Assembly: GCF_001194135.2 (NCBI RefSeq)
Contig: NC_068988.1
Location: 49,925,499 to 49,975,166 of the forward strand
Length of the DNA stretch: 49,668 bases
DNA from: Octopus bimaculoides
Taxonomy: Eukaryota
Reading direction: 5' to 3'
The translations under genes and the position numbers were made by a program. Under the pieces are notes generated by a model. It did no database searches and was not told the origin of the DNA. It saw only the letters and a list, made by a program, of their open reading frames with translations. Shown here in pieces: positions 13,801 to 24,274 of this stretch (position 1 is its first letter; every line of letters begins with the position of its first letter).

Positions 13801-14139
13801 AAAAAAAATTTTCTTCAGAGTATTTTTCTTACGGTTTTTTTTCGTTCTATTCACGACACACGCAAACCGGATGTGATACTTTTCAAACATTCAGCGGCAA
13901 AGAGCCAATGCCATACTTTTCCAACCCGCCCCTCAGATAGGTGCCGAGAATGTTTTTTCCAAACTCTCATATAAAAAACAGATTGGTAAAAATCAGCTAA
14001 ATCGGCCAAAATGTATTTCATGTGTGTGTACATTTCCTGTCTACAAAATTTCACTTAGTAGTCATTGGTCGACCCGATTTTCCACTGGAACTGAACCCGA
14101 AACCAGGTGGTTGCTGGGTGAACGTCTTCATCATGCAAA

Positions 14140-15660
14140 TATATCTCCACCTGGATATTCCTGTTCCTTTTTTGAAATATCACCTAAAAGATTCAGTTGA
14201 TAAAGCCAAAGTTTCCATAAAGATGAGGTGGATAGCCTATTTGTTTGATAAATAGAAAACCGAATGCAGATGCCAACAATAAAAATGGATTTAAGACAGA
14301 TAGTTGCCCATTTCCAAAGAAAGATCTAGAATTATTTGAAACGGATTTATTCAGTCTAATAGCAAATATCATATTACTCAAATTTAGCAGCAAATTCCAG
14401 AGCCAACAAACGTGCAAACTAAATTTCTTAGCCAGCCAAGATTTGTTATATCTTAATTCCGATAAGACAAACAAGCTCTATATTTCAGGGGAAAATGTTT
14501 ATAGAAGATTATTAACTTATAGTATTAACAATATATATATAAAAAGTCCCATGCTGACACAAATCTATTAACCTAGAAGCTAAGAAGAATACATCCGCAT
14601 TTAAAATAGACGATAAGATAGCAGCCTTGGGACTCTGCCCACTGTATGATGCTCAAGGATCGCAAGTGATTGTAAGTGAAAGCTTATCAACTCTGCAAAA
14701 ACACAACTACGCATAGTTAGTAAAAAATAATCCTTAATCCTATTATCTTTGGAATGAGAAAAGTAGTGTAATTCCAGTTACAAAATAATAAGCTGTCTGT
14801 TATAGGTTTAGTATCATCAGTGATAAAAAGAAATACAGATTCTTTCCGATTGATATTGTGAAGTTTTATACATCTGTTACCAAGCCTCTACTTCAGCCAA
14901 CATTAGATTTCGTTAATGCCATTACACCCAGAATTCATTCAGATATTAAGATCATTTTACATGCGAGAAATGTCACACTTGCATTTTTTTCTTTGTTTGT
15001 TTGTTTGTTTTTTTTCGAAAATACAGCCTGCGTTAAAAACAACAATTAACAGAATTTGTTTGGTGTAGCTATGGATGTTTTTAATGAGGTGGAGGTGTGT
15101 GAAATAACTGGTTTATATATATATTGCATAATATGGTTCCTGATGATGCTTGGAGGGCTCTGTCGGGATGATGGCGTGTTTCTCTTACCCAATATAAATA
15201 GTCATAAGATAAACAGATTCAGAAAAGGATTTGTCAAAATTTCAATATTTCAGACTCTAAGATTTTTGTCTTAAGCAAACTAACAGTCAACTTTCTAGAT
15301 ATAGCGTTAAATTTAGACACTTTTTTTTTGCATTTGTTTTTTTTTGTTTTGTTTTTTTTTTTGTTCTTTTTTTTTTTTGTTTTTTCGTTTTTTTATCACA
15401 AGCTTAATGAAAGATTATTTTTCGTAACTACAATTTCTTATTATCCTCCAAATATCCTCAAATATTTAGTTTCCGATGTTAATAGGTGTGTATCGTTACG
15501 ATACTCGCATTACATTTTATAACAAAGCATTAGGTAATGCCGGAGTTTTGAATAAAATGTATATAGCCCCAAAATGTAGAAGTAAAAATAGAAAAAAATA
15601 TTTTGATATAATCCGTTTTATGGTTTAAATGTGAGAACCCATTTAAAGGTCTATTAATTC
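14140..15660 (+). mobile_element. Penelope-like element relic: reverse transcriptase core, running into a gap
   Basis: LDIPVP, KMRWIAYLF, GFKTDSCP..DLELFETDLFSLI, SDKTNKLY, MLKDRK, KLINSAKT, KFYTSV, IILHARN, FGVAMDVFNEVEVCEITGLYI, LCRDDG (YRDDG catalytic box), YYPPNILK, YNPFYGLNVRT; frameshifts and stops. Confidence 0.88.
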
Positions 15661-16227
15661 NNNNNNNNNNNNNNNNNNNNNNNNNNNNNNNNNNNNNNNN
15701 NNNNNNNNNNNNNNNNNNNNNNNNNNNNNNNNNNNNNNNNNNNNNNNNNNNNNNNNNNNNNNNNNNNNNNNNNNNNNNNNNNNNNNNNNNNNNNNNNNNN
15801 NNNNNNNNNNNNNNNNNNNNNNNNNNNNNNNNNNNNNNNNNNNNNNNNNNNNNNNNNNNNNNNNNNNNNNNNNNNNNNNNNNNNNNNNNNNNNNNNNNNN
15901 NNNNNNNNNNNNNNNNNNNNNNNNNNNNNNNNNNNNNNNNNNNNNNNNNNNNNNNNNNNNNNNNNNNNNNNNNNNNNNNNNNNNNNNNNNNNNNNNNNNN
16001 NNNNNNNNNNNNNNNNNNNNNNNNNNNNNNNNNNNNNNNNNNNNNNNNNNNNNNNNNNNNNNNNNNNNNNNNNNNNNNNNNNNNNNNNNNNNNNNNNNNN
16101 NNNNNNNNNNNNNNNNNNNNNNNNNNNNNNNNNNNNNNNNNNNNNNNNNNNNNNNNNNNNNNNNNNNNNNNNNNNNNNNNNNNNNNNNNNNNNNNNNNNN
16201 NNNNNNNNNNNNNNNNNNNNNNNNNNN

Positions 16228-16228
<1 letters not shown>

Positions 16229-16264
<36 letters not shown>

Positions 16265-16447
16265 TATATACGACGTATATACATATATACGACGGGCTTC
16301 TTTCAGTTTCCGTCTACCAAATCCACTTACAAGACTTTGGTCGGCCCGAGACTATAGTAGAAGACACTTGCCCAAGGTGCCCCGCAGTGGGACTGAACTC
16401 GGAACCATGTGGTTGGTAAACAAGCTACTTACCACACAGCTACTCCT
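16229..16447 (-). mobile_element. SINE family B (CORE-like), 5' half plus internal (TA)n running into a gap
   Basis: Minus strand: GGAGTAGCTGTGTGGTAAG A-box-like, GAGTTCAGTCCC B-box, CACCTTGGGCAAGTGTCTT CORE-like motif, GGAAACTGAAAGAAGCCCGTCG then (TA)n. Confidence 0.9.
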
Positions 16448-16937
16448 ATATATATATATTGTTTCTCCCTAGCAGTCAAACTCCCGCATCCATACTAAAA
16501 TACTAATTAGCTTCGTATAATTCGCCATCTATTCGGATTCATTCATTCCTTCTTCTCCCCACATCTTTCGATCTATATTCCACCTGTTACTTCATGCGGA
16601 GAAGTTGTACGTTTAAATTCCTCGAAAATTTATTTACTGAAACTGATTTTCTTTATAGTAATTATGTTCTTGCTGCGTCACGATTTAATCTGGCAGTAAT
16701 TTGTTTTCAAATCAAATAATACGTACTCAGAAACAAGGATTTATCTAGGTCGAAAGAAACTGAAACTTGTATGTTAATTTTTGAATATTACATATGCCAG
16801 ACATCCAGATTCAGCATGGTACCACAATGCACACGTTGAAAATAACCATCATATTCAATACAGAACAGTTTTTGTTGCCTTGCAATTTTTGTTGATATTT
16901 CACTGATTAGGTATCGTTCAGCCTTGTATTTGACATC

Positions 16938-17515
16938 ATGGCTTCCATGGAGATTAATAGTCTAAAGACCAAACATGTAACCTTATCTGCGAATCCAAAA
17001 TTGGAACTTATAAAGCAGTTAGACGCTGGTGCTTCAGTGGCGTAGGTTTGGGAAGAGTACACTGTTAAAAAGCAATTAATTTCGGACAAACCCAAGGCTA
17101 AACATAAAATCACTGTATTTTTCTTGAAACATAATGTTGATGCAAATTCTAAACCATTATCTGTTTGTACAATAAAACGCCTGAGAGTTACAAAATATAC
17201 AAATCGTAAGGAGGTATTGACGCATGGTTTATCCGTTAATGATCCTGCGGTAACAAGATCCGTGGTGTGGAAATTTAAAATGCTGCTTCCAATGTAAACT
17301 AGAAATATGTGTAACAAGAATTTCAAAGCTACTGATAAGCAATTATGACGATTTAGAAATTACCATGAGATGGGTAATAAAATTACCCCTGGAGGAGCAA
17401 GCAGCATACCAACCAAGGAGACTGAACCATTCAGAAAGAGGTTATATTACTTAATGAAGTGTGTATGACCCTTAATTTGTCAAGTATACAATGGCAATGA
17501 AGTGAAAATGGATTG
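16938..17515 (+). mobile_element. Decayed Tigger/pogo (CENP-B-like HTH) transposase N-terminal part
   Basis: MASMEINSLKTKHVTLSANPKLELIKQLDAGASVA*VWEEYTVKKQLISD...EPFRKRL...QVYNGNE resembles the pogo HTH_psq/CENP-B region and the start of QIYNADET. Confidence 0.8.
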
Positions 17516-17746
17516 TGTTGGTACTAACTAGGTTGATATAATGAAGCATTTAAGAATGAAGCCTGAACAAATAGACCTAAATTGAGTAAGGAACATTTAT
17601 GTATTGAACTCATGCAGACAGTATAGTTCTTACAAAGTTATTGATTGAGTGAGAAAGATCAGTACGTTTGCGACTTTTGAAAGCTAAGCTGCAATAGGTG
17701 CCAGTGCATTTTTACCATTCCGAAAAATAGTTCAACTTGCATATAT

Positions 17747-17974
17747 TCAACTCTTTAACGTTCAGATTACTCTCTCACATATAATGTTTATTCATTCACT
17801 TTGTTTTAAATTTGTCATGCATTATCTCGTCGCTTCAAGGTTTCAACAGTGTGATTGTTTACTTTGAGAATGACATTGTAGAGTAGGTGTGAGAGGCCAG
17901 ACCTGGGCAGTTTGAACATGCTACTTGTAGAATATTTGGGTCTGATATTGCCAGTCTGAGTACGAAAGGGTTAA
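17747..17974. mobile_element. piggyBac-like MITE
   Basis: Right end ...GTACGAAAGGG-TTAA; degenerate left end TCAA-CTCTTTAACGTTCAG is its imperfect inverse. TTAA target and CCC..GGG termini are piggyBac hallmarks. Confidence 0.6.
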
Positions 17975-18660
17975 TGACTGTTTTTTTTTGTTTTGTTTTT
18001 TGTATTTCACTCTTACAGTACAAAGATATCAGAAAGTTTCTGCTGATGAGGTAAAGCTATCGTTTATTTATCCGACGCACCTGTTCAACAAGTGTTCCTT
18101 ACATGCTGGTAATGACGCTAAAATAAGGTGCGTGTTCTTACTGCTCAATGTTACCTTCGCACACCAGTTATTCATTAAGTCATATTTGTAACCCACGATG
18201 GTGTTTTGACTTTAAGTTTGCATTATTCAATTTCGTCGCTTCACAGAAATTACTGAAGACCGCTACTTTAGCTAATTCCAGGAAATTTATTTCTGCATAA
18301 TGTGGAAGAAGAATACAATTTTGAAAGATTCCAAGCAAGTGATTTCCTTGTATAATTCAGAGGGAAGGCGAAATAGATGTCACAGTTGACAGAACCGGTA
18401 GGAAGACATAGAATGTGACTCTAGATACTAAGGGTTAATAGGAAAATATGTAGTAGATGAATTTCTTGTTCGTGACAATTGAGATAGTGAGGATGATGAA
18501 GTCAACGGAACATTGCTCGATAAACCCAAACTCTCGGTTGTACAAGGCTTCCTTGATAACATTTCGTACACTGGCTTGTCAACAGGAACTGTATACATCA
18601 ATATTATCGCTATATTAAAGCCTTAAGAGATTATGTGATCCAGAATTAGCATTAGCGAGT

Positions 18661-19043
18661 TGGTCGGCACTCCGTCGGTTACGACGACTAGGGTTCCAGT
18701 TGATCCGATCAACGGAACAGCCTGCTCGTGAAATTGACGTGCAAATGGGTGAGCAATCCACACACACGTGTGCTCTTAACATAGTTCTCGGGGAGATTCA
18801 GCGTGACACAGAGTGTGACAAGGCTGGCCCTTTGAAATACAGGTACAACAGAAACAGGAAGTAAGAGTGAGAGAAAGTTGTGGTGAAAGAGTACAACAGG
18901 GTTCGCCACCATCACCTGCCAGAGCCTCGTGGAGCTTTAGGCGTTTTCGCTCAATAAACACTCACAAATCCCGGTCTGGGAATCGAAACCGCGATCCTAC
19001 GATCGCGAGTCCGCTGCCCTAACCACTGGGCCACTGCGCCTCC
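18661..19043 (-). mobile_element. SINE family C, full-length and well preserved
   Basis: tRNA-like head GGCGCAGTGGCCCAGTGGTTAGGGCAGCGGACTCGCG...GGTTTCGATTCCC; perfect TSD CATTAGCGAGT at 18650-18660 and 19044-19054; 3' hairpin at 18693-18718. Confidence 0.92.
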
Positions 19044-19363
19044 CATTAGCGAGTAAACAAGGAGTAAACAGCTTAAACTCGACTCCGTTCTTCAGGCTTA
19101 TTCATTCAAACACAGTTGCAGCTGTTAAACCTGCTGTTAGCCTTGATGACCCAACACTCGGTCACTTCAGATTTCTATGAGTTAACAGCAACGGACAGGT
19201 GAAGCGTCATAGTTTTGGCATAGAAGATGGTTTCTGATACATACACATCACATTTGGTTATGGGTTACTGCTAAGGTAACAAAAGGAGAGGGAAGGAGTG
19301 GCAGTAGGAGGTGTTAAATGTAGGTAAGGAAAACTGGAAGAATTTTATATCAAAATGTATATA

Positions 19364-19407
19364 TACAGTAGTACCTCGGTTTTCGAACAACTGATTGTGA
19401 ATAAATC
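19364..19407 (+). mobile_element. Isolated Tigger/pogo-type terminal inverted repeat end
   Basis: TA-CAGTAGTACCTCGGTTTTCGAAC resembles Tigger termini; no partner TIR found in the window. Confidence 0.45.
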
Positions 19408-19481
19408 GTGCTTTATATAGAAATATAATACAAATGATATGTAAGCATATGCATATATACATACATATATGTACATACCTA

Positions 19482-19656
19482 CATCTACATGTATATATAG
19501 ATGCATATCTGGGTACAAGACGTCAAAAAAAACGTGGACAAAAAAGGAACAGAAACATAAACAAGGCACAAAAAGCGGACTTTTTTTACGGACAACAGAA
19601 TGAACACATAGGAAAACAGACAAGCCACGTATGGAACTTTTCCTTCGTCAGCTGCC
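19482..19656 (-). repeat. Dispersed repeat family E, copy 1
   Basis: Aligns to 28716-28835: AGCTGAYGAAGG...GTGGC...ACGTC.TGTACCCAG.TATG.ATCTATAT.TACATGTAGATG. Confidence 0.65.
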
Positions 19657-20515
19657 TCTATTCTAAACTAGGCGTCTCATATATATATGTCTGTATATAT
19701 ATATATATATNNNNNNNNNNNNNNNNNNNNNNNNNNNNNNNNNNNNNNNNNNNNNNNNNNNNNNNNNNNNNNNNNNNNNNNNNNNNNNNNNNNNNNNNNN
19801 NNNNNNNNNNNNNNNNNNNNNNNNNNNNNNNNNNNNNNNNNNNNNNNNNNNNNNNNNNNNNNNNNNNNNNNNNNNNNNNNNNNNNNNNNNNNNNNNNNNN
19901 NNNNNNNNNNNNNNNNNNNNNNNNNNNNNNNNNNNNNNNNNNNNNNNNNNNNNNNNNNNNNNNNNNNNNNNNNNNNNNNNNNNNNNNNNNNNNNNNNNNN
20001 NNNNNNNNNNNNNNNNNNNNNNNNNNNNNNNNNNNNNNNNNNNNNNNNNNNNNNNNNNNNNNNNNNNNNNNNNNNNNNNNNNNNNNNNNNNNNNNNNNNN
20101 NNNNNNNNNNNTTTTTTTTTTTTTTTTTTGAGAAATCTTTTATTTTTTTTTCTAAATAACTTATAAGCCACCAAATTCGGTAATTTAATAAAATAACATA
20201 TTTATAGTAGCTGGTTTAAAATCTCTGAGAGAGATTCACATAGTGACAGTACTAAGGAGTAATGTAGGTTACAACTTTTACATGACTGTTCCATGCAGAA
20301 CAAATATTACTATATTTTAACCACAGGAAAACATTTTTTCCCGCTGGTTAACGACACACATCTTGTGTCTGTTTTATTGCGAGTAAGTCAGCGAACCACA
20401 CTAACTCCAGCATAGCAAAACCAGTGGACCAACCGAGGTGCCTTCCCGTCCTCAGTACTGGATGTTTGCCTGCTAGATGTAGCAACTATCCGTCCTTACA
20501 TGCAATATATTTATA

Positions 20516-20718
20516 CTCTCTTTTACCTGTTTCAGTCATTTGACTGCGGCCATGCTGGAGCACTGCCTTTAGTCGAGCAAATCGACCCCGAGACTTATTC
20601 TTTGTAAGCCTAGTACTTATTCTATCGGTCTCTTTTGCCGAACCGCTAAGTGACGGGGACAGGAACACACCAGCATCGGTTGTCAAGCAATGCTAGGGGG
20701 ACAAACAGAGACACACAA

Positions 20719-20801
<83 letters not shown>

Positions 20802-20950
20802 TACGACGGGCTTCTTTCAGTTTCCGTCTACCAAATCCACTCACAAGGCTTTGGTCGGCCCGAGGCTATAGTAGAAGACATTTGCCCAAGATGCCACGCA
20901 GTGGGAATGAACCCGGAACCATGTGGTTGGTAAGCAAGCTACTTACCACA
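20516..20950 (-). mobile_element. SINE family B, near full-length, internal (TA)n
   Basis: Head and CORE-like half, long (TA)n, then 3' half ...GACCGATAGAATAAGTACTAGGCTTACAAAG...CCAGCATGGCCGCAGTCAAATGACTGAAAC. Confidence 0.92.
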
Positions 20951-21244
20951 TTTCTAGTAAGGATATCGCAGGGAAGAATCGTAATGCGGATTGTTCAAGC
21001 CGAGCCAACCAAGGACGAGACGGTTGGATAATAACCATTGTCTCAGTTGGTCACGCTTGGGAAGCCAGCCAGAAAGTGTAATGACGTTGCTTCTGATAAG
21101 AGGCTATGAAGGTGGTACCTGAGGATTCTGTCCTTCACGACCCTCCCAGGAATAATGGATTGGCTGTTTTCAAGTGGCAACTACTTTCAATTTTTGAAAG
21201 GAATTCAATAACGGTTTGAACATACCTTTCTTTTATTCTTTTAT

Positions 21245-21431
21245 TCATTTCAGATTGCGGCCATGCTGGAGCACCGCTTTTAGTCGAACAAATCGACCCC
21301 ATGATTTATTCTTTGTAAGCCTAGTACTTATTCTATCGGTATCCTTTGCCGAATTACTACTCTATGGGTACGTAAACACATCAACATCGGTGGTCAAGCG
21401 ATGGTAGGGGGCCAAACACAGACACACAAAC

Positions 21432-21490
<59 letters not shown>

Positions 21491-21652
21491 TATACGACGG
21501 GATTCTTTCAGTTTCCGTCTACCAAATCTACTCACAAATCTTTGGTCGGCCCGAGGCTACAGAAGAAAACACCTTGCCCAAGATGCCATGTAGTAGGACT
21601 AAACCTGGAACCATGTAGTTGGTAAGCAAGCTCCTTACCACACAGCCACGCC
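21245..21652 (-). mobile_element. SINE family B, near full-length, internal (CA)n on the element strand
   Basis: Same two halves as 20516-20950, separated by (TG)n at ~21435-21487 on the plus strand. Confidence 0.92.
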
Positions 21653-22007
21653 TGTACCTAAACAAGTTTTCAAAACGACAGTCTGCAGGAATATAACCCA
21701 AAAGGATGAGCTATTTCTCAGTGTTTACCTATCCTACTGTGCTCGAATGGTAGAACCGANNNNNNNNNNCCAAATCTACTCACAAATCTTTGGTCGGCCC
21801 GAGGCTACAGAAGAAAACACCTTGCCCAAGATGCCATGTAGTAGGACTAAACCTGGAACCATGTAGTTGGTAAGCAAGCTCCTTACCACACAGCCACGCC
21901 TGTACCTAAACAAGTTTTCAAAACGACAGTCTGCAGGAATATAACCCAAAAGGATGAGCTATTTCTCAGTGTTTACCTATCCTACTGTGCTCGAATGGTA
22001 GAACCGA
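21522..22007. other. Probable assembly artefact: identical 238-bp direct repeat on both sides of a 10-N gap
   Basis: 21522-21759 is identical to 21770-22007; the gap is at 21760-21769. Confidence 0.85.
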
Positions 22008-22013
22008 GAAAAC

Positions 22014-22230
22014 GACGGTGAGCTGGCAGAATCGTTAGCACGCCGGGCGAAATGCTAAGCGGTATTTCGTCTGTCTTTACGTTCTGAGTTCAAATTCCGC
22101 CGTGGTCGACTGTGACTTTCATCCTTTCGGGGTCGATAAAGCAAGTACCAGTTGCATACTGGGGTCAATCTAATCTACTGGCACTCTCTCCCAAAATTTT
22201 GGGCCTTGTGCCTAAAGTAGAAAAGATTAT
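22014..22230 (+). mobile_element. SINE family A, well-preserved copy
   Basis: GAGCTGGCAGAATCGTTAGCACGCCGGGCGAAATGC...GAGTTCAAATTCCGCC...CATCCTTTCGGGGTCGATAAA...GGCCTTGTGCCTAAAGTAGAAAAG. Confidence 0.92.
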
Positions 22231-22888
22231 GGGAAACGAAAGCAAGTCAAATGTACCTGAGCTGACAGACAAAACTGTGTTCTGTAAAAAATTCCTCCTA
22301 AAAAGAATTCGAATCTACACTCCATCGCCCCAGCCAACTAAATAGCCCCTGCGTGGAGGGCTATGACGAAGACCAACATAATACTTCGAAAATCTCAAAA
22401 TTGCTTAGAGACACTAAGATTTCGAGCGATAATTCATACCCGGAAAGTGCGTGTGTGAGTAATATGTTTTTAATTTTGTATTTGTTTTAATCATTGGATT
22501 GCAGTCATGAATGATAACTTCAGTGATTTTAGTCGATAATTTCGACACCAGTACTTATTTTTAATCATTGTTCGTATCATATCGATCATAGTTTGCTGAA
22601 CTGCTGGAATGTGTGACAAAATCTATGTTACGGGACACAGATCGTTCTTTTACAAGCAGTGTCAAAGTGAAGACAAACACGTACACGCATAAATGTGTCT
22701 GTGTGTACTGTATGTATATGTAAAAGAGTATGCATACGCATGCAACTTCAAAATTCCCATTCTGAATACCACCTGCGCTACCTTTAATATAGCAGGTTTG
22801 CGCTTATAACCTACGCACACACAGACACACATACACATATAGGAAAGAAACAAAATGATGGAAAAGCGGAAAGCAGACAAATAGAAAA

Positions 22889-22889
<1 letters not shown>

Positions 22890-22937
<48 letters not shown>

Positions 22938-23062
22938 CAGGAAGGCAAGCAGACAGACAGACAGACAGACAGATAGATAGGAAGGCAAGCAGACAGACAG
23001 ACAGACAGACAGACAGGAAGGCAAGCAGACAGACAGACAGACAGACAGACAGGAAGGCAAGC

Positions 23063-23147
<85 letters not shown>
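22890..23147. repeat. (AGAT)n/(AGAC)n array with a periodic GAAGGCAAGC interruption
   Basis: GAAGGCAAGC starts at 22941, 22981, 23017 and 23053. Confidence 0.95.
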
Positions 23148-23410
23148 CTGTGGTTACATTCGTGTGAACGTGTGATTCTGACAACTATGAAGTGTCTTTA
23201 TTGTTCAAAAGGAAATAATAGGATGTAGAGAAATAAATGCCAGGTTAGTTTAAAGACATTCGTTGACAAATTATTAAGAGAATGTGAAAGCGAACTGCTG
23301 CAGGAAGTGTTTTGCATAAAAATATCTCCGTCGCCATATATTTGCACACCCGCATATACACACATACGCACAGTTATTTATATAGAAACACACACACATA
23401 CACACACACA

Positions 23411-23451
<41 letters not shown>

Positions 23452-23613
23452 ACTGACGTGCGCGCGCGCGCACATACACCTATATAAACACATAACCACA
23501 CTCGCGCACATATAGGGTTCACTCGAAATGTCAAGTTTACTTCTTTTTTATCTTGTCCTTTTTTCGACGTATAATTTAATCGATCGTTCGCAATTTTTCT
23601 TATCCATTCTTGT

Positions 23614-23654
<41 letters not shown>

Positions 23655-24083
23655 TGTGTGTGTTTGTGTGTGTGTGTGTTTGCATTCTGCTAACAACTTC
23701 CGAATTTTTATCAGCCTGTTGCAATTTCTAATGTATTTCACCTCAGCCACCTCTCTTTATTGGTCCTTTTGCATAAGTTTACCCCACTGTGTGTGTGTGT
23801 GTGTGTGTATGTATGTAATATATATATATATATATATTACATATATATATTATTTTATGTGTGTGTGTATACATATGTATATATATTATTTTATATGTGT
23901 GTTTGTATATATATTATTTTGTTTAAAAGAGTTCCAACACTGTCTGTTTTTTATGTTTTATTTATATTCCTGCAGAACCAATGTGGGATATAGAATATGG
24001 AATATACAATATATAATATAATATACAATATATAATATAAAATAAGATACATTATTTTGTGTGTATGTATATATATATATATA

Positions 24084-24274
24084 TATTATTTTATGTCTGT
24101 ATGTATGTATATATATATCATTTTATGTATATACATTATTTTATGTCTATGTATGTATGTATATATATATATCATTTTATGTATATATATTATTTTATGT
24201 CTATATGTATGTATATATATATCATTTTATGTATATATATTATTTTATGTCTATGTATGTATGTATATATATAT
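24084..24274. repeat. ~52-56 bp minisatellite built from TA/TATG microsatellite pieces (about 3.5 units, then a gap)
   Basis: Repeating ATTTTATGTCT(A/G)TGTATGTAT..ATATATATC-ATTTTATGTATATA(C/T)ATT. Confidence 0.85.

Noticed and set aside
14075-14120. Possible hammerhead remnant (CCAC...CGAAAC...GTGG) just upstream of the PLE RT
   Set aside because: No CTGANGA box; too degenerate to call.
16907-17326. 139-aa minus-strand ORF, the longest non-repeat ORF
   Set aside because: It is the antisense shadow of the decayed Tigger/pogo transposase on the plus strand.
18425-18438. Second piggyBac-like end (GATACTAAGGGTTAA)
   Set aside because: No matching left TIR could be found.
18960-19043. tRNA-like sequence
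   Set aside because: It is the head of SINE C, continuing into the SINE body within a TSD, and lacks a proper acceptor-stem partner; not a tRNA gene.
18019-20382. Plus-strand mini-exon candidates at 18019-18050 and 20327-20382
   Set aside because: Good splice signals but short and unsupported; they mainly show how often exon-like signals arise by chance here.
21522-22007. Perfect 238-bp tandem duplication
   Set aside because: 100% identity across a 10-N spacer is typical of unmerged overlapping contig ends, not biology.
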